Assembly (NCBI GenBank): GCA_002633005.1 | Contig: NMRA01000146.1 | Coordinates: 673,059 to 737,058, forward strand | Length of the DNA stretch: 64,000 nt | DNA from: Phoronis australis | Taxonomy: Eukaryota; Animalia; Phoronida | Direction: 5' to 3' | In this document: piece after piece, positions 54,115-64,000 of the stretch | Layout: the number at the start of each line of letters is the position of its first letter | Numbering within the stretch: position 1 is the first letter of the stretch | Notes under the pieces: generated by a model | What the model was told of the DNA's origin: nothing | The model's input: the letters and a program-made list of their open reading frames with translations, nothing else | Databases searched by the model: none | Program-made: the position numbers and the translations under genes

Positions 54115-54295
54115 AATAAAGAAAAGCAAGAATCGTACTGTATAAGGGTGCTTTTGCTGATTGTTAAACTCTCATACACATGTATATGTTACTAGCACAA
54201 TTAATTAACAATAAAATGGGATTACCGATTGTGACTTTGTGTGTGTGTTGTGTGTGTGCGTGTTTGTGTGTGGGCGTGCCTGTGTGTGTATGTAA
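54115..54295 (+). terminator. Candidate polyadenylation signals of the FN3 gene
   Basis: AATAAA at 54115-54120 and 54210-54215; the second is followed by a GT-rich tract (~54233-54295). Confidence 0.45.
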
Positions 54296-56446
54296 CGTCG
54301 CTCAAAAAATGACGATTATTTTATCGAATGGGAGTGCCCCGAACATACTTTTACCAGCCAGGGCATTTTTCTTCTGTTACACTGTAACACGTGTCGTAAG
54401 CGAGGAAATAGGCAGTATCTGGGAGAGTGTTTAGCACAGCCTTTGAACATTTTGTTCACATTCATGTGCATCGTTCCGATAACCTTTGTCTGAGACGCGG
54501 GGTCTTCATATCATTTGCATATGTCGATACAATTTTCGAAGTTTAGGTTCGACTCTTTGAGATTACACGGGTGCCCACGACGATCCTGTCTGGGATCACA
54601 GTGTTCGCACAACCTGTACAGTACTCACAGGTTTTGTTCAGAGTTCTTATTGCGGAGTGAATGTTTTTAAAAGTTTCGTCAGGTAGATGTATCCTGCTAT
54701 TAAACACATATCAATTGTAAGTCTCGGTCAGATTTCCGAGGGAAAGTTTATGGAAGCGGGTGATAATTTCGTTAAGTGTTCTATTTCGTTCCTCCGTATT
54801 GAACGTGAACTCATCGTGTACCTTGAGTCCTCGTTTCCTAGTGTGTGGATAAAAAATTGACACGTGGTAGGGAGCTCAGTGGTCTCAATTCAAGTTGGAT
54901 GATGGTTGAGTAGTACCCTCATTTATGTTTGCCAGACTTTCAATTCTCAGCCGCATCGTCACACAAGATCATTGCGATGTGGGCTTAATTCCGGTGATAG
55001 CCGTTGGACGGGATTCAGACTCAGCTACTGTAACTTTGGATTTTCTGACATAAGAGCTTAGCCGCAAATGAATGAATGTATTTGCAGACGATTGACGGTG
55101 GGTTTGCTTAAAAGGTAGCTATGCCTTGAGACTGTGCAAAGATGGAGACTGAATAATCAAATCCAGTAATTAATCTATTATGTGATAACCCCTAAATAGT
55201 CAAGTGAAACTCGTTGTTAATTAATTAATCAACTAAAAAGAAGAGTAACTACGCTAGTGCTCCCTTTAAAGATTACTTTAATCAATAAATCAAAATTAGC
55301 AAATGTCTTACCTACTATCCAAGCTTGGACTCTGCACTAGTTAGATGACTGTCATGTTGGTGAATCTTCGACAGTGTACATGTAGTTGCTGGTCACCGTC
55401 TCTGGTGATGCAACACTTGAAGGCAATTTCTTCTACCCTCGATTGTTCTTGCTGGTGACAGTGTGTGGCAGGTGACGCAACACTTCAGGTAGTATCTTAC
55501 TTCCCACGATGCAAGTGACAAGCTCTTAGTTAACTTCCTCTTCGTTAACCCTTGCCCTTGCCAAGATTCTTTCTAGAATCTTCCACGAGATGGCTCTGTC
55601 GTACAATGTTCTTTGTACACTGTAGCAAGTCTTTATGTTTCATTTATTATAGCAAATCTAAATATCTTGTTGACTTAAGCTCATATTATAATGTTCTACT
55701 TATTTAGTTATTGGTTTACAAAAGCCACATGATATTATCCAATCATATCATTGGTTGTTACAGTTTGTTATTAGAATTTTCTAGAATCTCTAGATTACTT
55801 TGACCCCAGAACCCAAAATTGTACACACCACTTAAAAATATATCTTGACGTTAAAGTACATGTCAACAAGTCTGACCCCATGATTTAAAAGTACATATGC
55901 ACAAATTTTGGGCAACGTAAAATGGATCTATCCTTACTAATTAGTTAATCAATATTTATTCTGACGGTATACTAAACCTTTGACATTAACACAGACGTTG
56001 GGATTATCATGGAGAGTAAATGGAGTGGGAGCAGTCGAATACGTTCAACAAACCGTTGCTACCATGTTTCATGGCTGCACCATAATGTGAATGAGTACAT
56101 TTAAGAGAGGGAGGTCTGATCAACGTCAGACGTTGTATTCAGCGCCATACTATGACACCTATTGGTCAAGACAATAACTGTATTTGGGTAACAGCTGTCA
56201 GCAACACAAAGTATTGGATTGGATTTTTTTCATGGTGAATTTTTCATTTATTAAAATTCGATTTCATGGTTAAAAGTAAATAATACAAGTAAATTTACTC
56301 AATTTAACAAACAAGCGTATCGATTTGGGCAAGAAGTAAATATTGGACAAAAGAATTATTATAGACAAACTAAAATGTTAATATCATGCTTACCTATAGC
56401 TCCACGCACACGTGCACGCACGCACACACACAGACAAAAACAATTA

Positions 56447-59400
56447 CAGCACACATCACGAATTTTTGGCCGACCGGTCTGAAATTGGTCGACGACCGGC
56501 CGTCGACCGGTCGGCAAATTAGCCGACCGGTCGGCTGAAAATCAGCCGACCGGCAGCCGCCCGCAGTGCCGACTCATAAGGCGACCCCACAGCCGACCCT
56601 TCAGCCGACCCTTTAGCCGACCGGCCATAAGACGACCAGCTGGTCGGCTGCTACTGTTAGGCTAGAGTAGCAGTTGCGTAATAGGTTGTCAGGCTCATAC
56701 CACTTTGCGTGTCGATGCATATTCGTCTTAGCACAGGGTCAAATAAATTAACCTAGTTTTGCTGTCTCGGTTACTTGAGTTTACGTCGGTTGTGTAAAAC
56801 CACTACTTCGAAGGTTGAAGGCACGCGGCATTAGTAAACATTGGATTATGGACAATGCAACAAGTTTTGGATGAAAAACGTGAAAGTTTTTTTTACATTT
56901 GATCTTTAATTTGACTCCTGACGCTAACAAATTGTATTAGATCGGTTGCTTCCCGGTTAATACAACGCTGTATAGTCATTTTGTAAACGCGGCTGTTTTT
57001 CGCAGTCTTCGCCCACAATTGATTTTGTTTGTGTAACGCCAAACTGCATCGTTTTTGCGTGTTTTAAGTTATTCACCGGTCTCCTATCACGCGCCCATGA
57101 TGAAGGATTAGTGAGTGAGTTGTAACACCGCGAAGAGTTCTCACTCCGGGGATTTTATTTTCATAGTATTGGCCCGGCGAAATTCACGGTCCAGTATGCC
57201 CTAAACCCATGGACTTCGACGGCTCTAACTTCGAAATCATACTATGGTTACGATTTCCACGAACTATGACCGTGACATCACACACGGAATGACCACTGTT
57301 GAGGCTACAGCAAATTGTAGCTTTGTGCATTCTGTTTTCATGTATCGGTGACATTAAAATCTGGGCTAGTTACATGTACACGTAGGCCCCTATCAGTTGG
57401 TCGTTCACGTTGTTCCAAAAATAAACACTTTCTGTCAACAATATATTGACAAATTATGTAAAATAAGACAATTGTGAACGGGAAGATGTGAATACGTGGT
57501 GAAGAGGTATTTGTCTCTACGCAGCATATGTGCGTGAATCTTTAGTAAAGCGACTGCGATGGCAAAAATGATAGAAAATACATCAAGGTGCACTTTTGAG
57601 AAGCAAAGCCTCTGAGTGATATTTATAGCGTATGATCTGGCCACCTCAAGTAGTAAGTGACGCTGAATGAGAAGTGGCAACTACATGTTTGGCTTGTAAC
57701 GCCACCCTTCCCCGAGTTTTGCCAATTCTAATCAGTCACCACTCGAGATTTGGGCATTTCATTCCTAAAATCACAAAACAATTCTTCTGTGCTCAGCTGT
57801 AAGAAAAAATACAATTTTTTGAATTGGTGCTCAGTCTTAAAAAAGTTTCCATTATGAGAACGCTTTATCAGAAATACCAAGCACACGCAGCGTTATAAGA
57901 CAGAGACGTTGGCGTTTCCGTATGTCCACAAAAGTGCTTTGAGCTGTGTTTACAAATTTGTTCATTTCGCTTTTCTACACCGACAACTATGGTAAAAACG
58001 GTGTTTTAAAAAAGTACACTTTTGACGGTATTTTCAAAAAAATATTTTGGTTGATGAATTCACCGAGTAGGTGCCACGGGCAGAAAACGTATCTGCGTAA
58101 AGAAAGAGTTGCGTTTTCATAACATTCAGAGCATGAGCTCAAGGACTACCTGAAAAAGAAAATAAAACCGTATACCAAACAGAAACTATTCCGTTGATCA
58201 TATAGCTCTTGGAAAACTGTTACCCCGAAGAAATGTGCAAAATACGAACGTCATTTACGGAAGGTTGTACCAGAAATGAATTCGTTGCCGGCAGTGGAGC
58301 CGCCACGGGATAGTAAAAACACTGTGATGTGCAATAGTTAGCTGAATGGAAAGCTGAATCGAAAAAATTCAGAACACACATTTTCTATTCAGAAATTGAA
58401 AACTCTGTAGAATCAAAAACAATTGACAACCAGGATTTATTGCGTCAGAAAACTTATCACGCCAGGAGAGAATTCTTTTCATGCCCAGAGACTACGTGGT
58501 CACCCATTATGCAATGATGGCAATCCCGTGTGTACCTATACATTGGCATGTATTGTAAAACGTGGATTAGACGAAAGAAATTCAACCGCATTTCCAAGAT
58601 AATATGTCTTGTCGGCAAGAGGTTGAACATTTAGCCCTTGTTTATACGTATAGTACGAACATTATCAATTTAAGGATCGATGCTTGGGGATGGTGACGGG
58701 GTGTTCTGGCGTGTAAAGTTACTGACGTGGTAAGTTTTTGAACGTGGCTTATTAAATTTTCAGTTCGGTCGTATTTTATTTTGATCCTGAAGTGAAGAAT
58801 TTTTGGTCCTCACTTGATAAATTATAGGTGCTGATGTGATAAATTTCAGTCTTGACGTGGAGAATTTTAGTCTTTATTTGTTTTTTTTTTTGGTCTTCTG
58901 TGTGAAAACAATCTCAATGTATTGGATTTTTTTAATTGCTGCTTAAGTAAAATTTCTGGTTTTGGGATAATAATCTTTGGTCGTAGAGAGTTAACATGTT
59001 TTGCTTGGTTTTAATCTTGCATAGAAAATATATATTGTTAAATGTTGCAAATTAGGACTCCCATAAATGTGAGAGCAAGTTGTGTAGCAGCGTTCTGTGT
59101 AACTTCTTATATAAACCTAGGTGTTCGTGATTTAGTAATACTATGAAAAATGAGTAGTTATGACTATGAAAATTGAGTAGTTGTGGATTCTTTTGAAATA
59201 CTGTATCCTTTGTATATGCCTGGTGTAGATGGCTCAGTGTAATATTATGTAAGCCTTATTATCTTTCTATGGCTTAACAACTATATATCTTCATTCATGC
59301 CTAGAGGTACTCCCAGGATCATCAAGCATGTGTGTGTGTGTATTTATTCTAATGAGGCGTGCTTCGAAAGTACAATTAGTAATCATACTTTTACAGTGGT

Positions 59401-61583
59401 TCATATCAAACGGATTCATTATATCCAGTAAATATTTTTGCAACTGCCGAACTGCATATTAGACATGTGTATTGCATCATACCTCATCAGAGTAAAACTT
59501 GTTATCAATCATAGTAGAAACATTTATTTTTATCATTGCCTCAAGACGTTAACAAACGCAGTTAGTGTCTGTACATGTAACTGTTGTGTCTACATTGCTG
59601 ATGAATTAAAGTCGGTCTAATTCCATTTTTATATCACTGATTCATGCCAAAGGTTTGAAATTGCGCCCCCTTAAGAGTTTTGACTTGCCCTGGTGATCAC
59701 TAGAATCCGATGCAATAAACTTATAGAAGTTGTTTTTCAACCAGGGTAATAGAGCTGAAAATTTTGTGCGTTTTTGTTTGCGAGAGTGTTCTTTTTGAAT
59801 CACTGGGTTAATAATTTTTACGCTCTACATGAAAACACAGGCAAGTTTTTTAGGATTACCTGTACCAGGTTACCCCAAAAATATTATTTTGAAAGTTTTA
59901 CCCCCTGGGGTATACGCGAAACGCCAAAAATTGTGTTCCTACGCCAAAGGGCTCGGAAGGCTCTAGCCTTGGTGCGAAGGTGTTTACGAAATTAAATATA
60001 CAAATTTGCACCGTTGTGGGTAAAAAGTGACCGAATAAAATCTTCCTAGAATAATCTAAATTATTTACCAGCGTTGCAAAATTTGGTTTTCTAAAATTAT
60101 TCTGCTGCTAAAATTAGTGTATAACCTTTTGCGTCGACTTTCGACGCAATGAAATATTGCGTCATCTATTAGTCAGTTTCTTTTTCCCAGATTCTTCAAT
60201 CAAACGTTCTCCCTCGAGGTTGCGTAAACGTCAAGACAAATGATCAGAATTGGTTTCACTTCATTATATGTTTTTGGAATTTTGATATCAGTGAACCAAA
60301 TTTTGCTGAGATGTTGTCACCATATAATGGGAGATGTCGAAAACATTTTGAAAGTGGCGCGTGTCACGAATGAACTCTTTTCAAAACGACAACATACGTT
60401 TTTTCGTTACAAAAGGCAGAGAATTACGCAAGAAGATGACGTCGGATGTTTTCGTTTAAACGGCCGTAACGGGCAACTTGAATGCCAATTGGCTTCCAGA
60501 GTTTGCATGCAAACTCGCCGGTCTTGAGCTCATGTTGATACAAGCTTTTCGACGAGGTGACAAGCGTACGTGTAACTATCCGGGCTGAGTGAAATTTTGA
60601 GCTCTGTTTGAGCTCAATACGCAGTGTCACCTTGCTGTATTTTGAAAATAGTCTTCCCAGCTAGCTGGCTAGATAGGAAGGCTCTAGCTTCGAAAAACTT
60701 TTTACTGCGAAATGGACAATAATTTCAGAATGATGATGGATGATGGGTTACACTATAAACCGATCACAGTCTTCCGTTTTCATGTGCCCATGATTCAATA
60801 TAGGCGCTATGTTCAAACCATTGTTTGTATCGTTCCTAAACTTGGGTTCTATTGCTGTACCAACATATTAAGAAATTATACAGAAATAAACAATAATTAT
60901 CTGTGGTAAAGCGCAATATACAGGTTGATGAAGTGATGATCAAGAGCAATAACGGATGAGCGCAAATGCGTGCTGCTTGTTGAGCAATCCGCGGCAGGAA
61001 AACATTTGAGGTCGTAAAATATCCAGTGTTGTATTCTGATTTTTATGCAATTTTGCTGCAAATTTCAAATTTCGTGCTTGTTTTTTTATGCATAATGCAC
61101 TGCATAAAAAGTCTGATATCTAAAGTTAGAAATTATTTTTACGCTATGTCACTTAACGTTTGATTTTACCACGCCGTCATTAATTCAACATAAGGTTTTC
61201 GGCTTGTGTAATGGCACGCACTTCGTATTTGTAGGTTGATTCGATTTTACCTCCATTTAATAGTTGAACAAAATTTGATAAACCGATGTCAAGACCGGAG
61301 TTGCCACTGGTAAACGAACAGCGAACAGTTAAATGTTTGTTTGTCCAAAGTTCACCCGCTAAGTCATAAAATGGTAATTGCCGACCAAGGACACGCTTAA
61401 TCCGAATTGGTCGTCTACGCTAGGCGACCAATTAGCCGACCCAAGTGCCGACCACAGAGGTGACTAAGCAGACGGCTCCTAGCCGACCGTTGTTGGTCGG
61501 CTGCTGGTCGGCTAGACGACCGGTCAACTGCCGGTCGTCGACCAATTTCCGACCGGTCGGCCAAAAATTCGTGATGTGTGCTG
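56447..61583 (+). mobile_element. Tc1/mariner-superfamily DNA transposon, copy 2 (5137 bp), inverted relative to copy 1
   Basis: TA flanks and the same TIRs; near-identical reverse complement of 29089-36607 without the hAT insert. DDE_3-type transposase C-terminal remnant at ~57780-58313. Confidence 0.85.
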
Positions 61584-61705
61584 TAGCTACGTGGTTATGA
61601 GTAGTTTTTCGGACGTTACGTTAACTCAGCTGTAGTGCCTAATAAGTGTTGGGCAAATACTCAGAAACCATATGCCTCATCTTTCCTTAAAGCAAATGGA
61701 CTTAA

Positions 61706-63060
61706 GAGCACGTCCACGAATGGACCAGGCAAAAAGTGATAAAGGCTATGTCACGGATTTCCTTGATTGTTTGCATGATGGTAGGGATTGATGCCCCAAC
61801 CTTCATACCAACATTAATTTTTTGCGTGCGCCACCTTGTGGTTGCTATGGGAACGTGTTTTTTTTCTGCCAAATCCAAGCCTCGTTACAGCTACATTTTG
61901 GCACTTTTTGCGAACTTACCTTGAGAACAATAGTGCAAAATGAAACACTTCAAGTTTATCACTGAATTGGCGTGTCTTTCAACTTGCCAGTCATAGAAAA
62001 TGTCAAGGTTTCAGTTACATCTTAACCGTTTTTGAAGGCTACCAGTTTAGCTAGTTCGTGGTGATTCCAAAATGATGAAAATTGCCCTACTTCCTGCCTC
62101 AATATCTCAGCTGAAGCCAAATTTAAAACAACAAAACTACAACCAGTGCTTAGATTGATCTTAGCTCTACAAAATAAAACCATAAAAAGTCTAGGCAATC
62201 ACCCTTCTTCATACAGCTTCGGGCTCTAGAAGTAGGGCACCTCACCAAAATTATGCAACCGGCCAATGCCTGCATAGTAACAAATGTATGCGAGGATTCA
62301 AAATACAGTTTTGAAATCTTAAAATAGGCGATCGAACATATCAAGAGAGCTTTAATTTTGTTACTTTACAGAAAATAATGAGAAGCACAACAAGGCACGT
62401 TGGTTTCCTTTCACCCTGACGATAACGCTGCCAATAACATGTGCATATACTCACCGTTTCAAAATGCATTATGGTTGAGTAAAAATTCTCTAAAGTAAGT
62501 CTTCAGTTATTCATAACTGGGAACAAAAATTCTAAAATTTTAATGTGTGGGTCTGATTGAAATTTAGTTTTCTAATGTTCTCGAAGTCGGTTGATCGAGT
62601 CCCGACGCATCTCAATTCAACGTATTTTATAAAAAACAATAATAGGTGTGTTGTGCCGTTAGGAGACAACTGCATCTCCACACAGTGTATATCACCAAAC
62701 CCGAACAAATCAGACAGCAAAGTAGTTAGTCATAAAAAGAGGTGTATTGAAATGGTATTGGTTAGATGCTGTGAAATGAAGTTAGAAAAAATGATCTGAT
62801 AAGGATAGGCGACTACCGGTGAAATTGGCGTTGTTGAATAACTTTTCTTACGCTTCTCATTCGGGAAAGTCCCCGAACAGCACAAGCCCAGATGAGCATA
62901 TGGATGTCTGAATATTCTCGCATTATGGATACCAATGTTTTTAGTTTTCACCGACAACGCATAGAATGATGTATTTGCGGAAGGTTTGCAGACATTTTCA
63001 TAAAAAACACAGGAAATCGAGTATTTCACACGCAAGATAGCAGAAAAATCAGTTCAGATG
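61706..63060. mobile_element. Left end of a related Kolobok-like element
   Basis: TTAA then gagcacgtccacgaatggaccaggcaaaaagtgataaaggctatgtcac, similar to the termini at 3213 and 16586, but with different internal sequence. Right end not found, so the extent is approximate. Confidence 0.5.
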
Positions 63061-63083
63061 TTTTTTTGCATCTATCACAGTTA

Positions 63084-63386
63084 CAATGGCGGATTCCAGG
63101 AGGGGGCCAAGGGGGCCATGCCCCCCTAAAATTCTCCCAGATACCATTTGTCAGTTCGGTGTGCTAATTGGTGACTAGCATATGCGCGCACCCAGGGGGC
63201 TCCGTGGTCGAATGCACAATGTATTGGCCTTGAACAAACCCGGATTTTTTAGTTATAAGGTCCACAAACCCAAAAATGCGAGACCCCTGCATCCCTACAT
63301 GTTAGGATGGGCGCGCGGATGTGGCGAAATTCTGTGCCCTGCCCCCCNCCCCCCCCCCCCAACTCAAAATCCTGGATCCGCCCGAG
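63084..63386. mobile_element. MITE (GGCGGATCC family)
   Basis: caatggcggattccagg ... cctggatccgcccgag inverted ends with G/C homopolymer runs. Confidence 0.6.
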
Positions 63387-64000
63387 TTTAATATGGGTAT
63401 GCAATGGTGTTTGGTGCTTACCATCAGTCAGACTCCAAAAATTCAGAAGTCTCGAGACTAATACATGTAGTGTCAGCTGCTTCATTGAAAAATCATAAGA
63501 CAAATCATGTGCAGCAAAACGAAAATAAAACACGCAAAGTTAGGATTCAGACTGCATATAGGTGAACTTGGGTAATCCTGCAAAGAGATTTTGGAACAAA
63601 GTTGGGCAATATTTAAAAACTGTCCTGATTTAAATTATTGTTTATTATGTTAGACATAGAGATGCAGCAGAGCAGGTTATACTGTACTTATGTAGCAAAA
63701 CGATAAGATAGCCAAATATTAAACAAAAACCAAAATAGTTTAGAGAATAGTAATACTATATTGAGGCTGATATAGGACACAGGCAAATTACACGACATAA
63801 ATCAAGTAAATAGAAAAGAACAAATGTGGTCACATTTACAAAATGCGAGCAAATTAGGTGTACAATGAGACACCTTTAGTCAGCATAGATGACACGTCAC
63901 GAAATGGAAATAGCATTTTGTCTGACTACTTTTGACATACTGTATTTCAAATGTCTCTGAGTCTTGTATACATGAAATGTGCTACTGCGGCAATTCCATT

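Noticed and set aside
55350-55990. Possible solo LTR (tgtca... with minus-strand AATAAA)
   Set aside because: No TG...CA pair with a matching TSD could be found.
78-63533. Most of the short ORFs in the track as standalone genes
   Set aside because: This is eukaryotic intronic and repeat DNA. The ORFs use prokaryote-style starts, lack recognisable domains or fall inside decayed transposons.

Overview
AT-rich, intron-containing animal genomic DNA (repeat families suggest a marine invertebrate; species not determinable). Most entries in the ORF track are noise. The one supportable host gene is on the + strand and lacks its 5' end: a single-pass membrane protein made only of phase-1 exons. It has four intact Cys-containing fibronectin type III (FN3) exons (9578-9829, 11090-11338, 25947-26195, 42546-42797), four intact Ser/Thr-rich stalk exons plus one with a broken acceptor (44.1-53.1 kb), and a terminal exon with a transmembrane helix and a 35-aa tail (53742-53950). 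The FN3 exons lie in a ~3-copy tandem segmental duplication that shows exon loss, a half-exon and many amino-acid changes between paralogues. The introns hold nested mobile elements: Kolobok-like (TTAA), RTE-X-like and Tx1-like LINEs, BEL/Pao and Gypsy-like relics, a solo LTR, Harbinger-like and hAT-like elements, and two inverted copies of a 5.1-kb Tc1/mariner-type element that appears to carry a decayed second gene (SET-domain plus possible tyrosine-recombinase-like motifs). All family assignments come from motifs recognised by eye, not from database searches.
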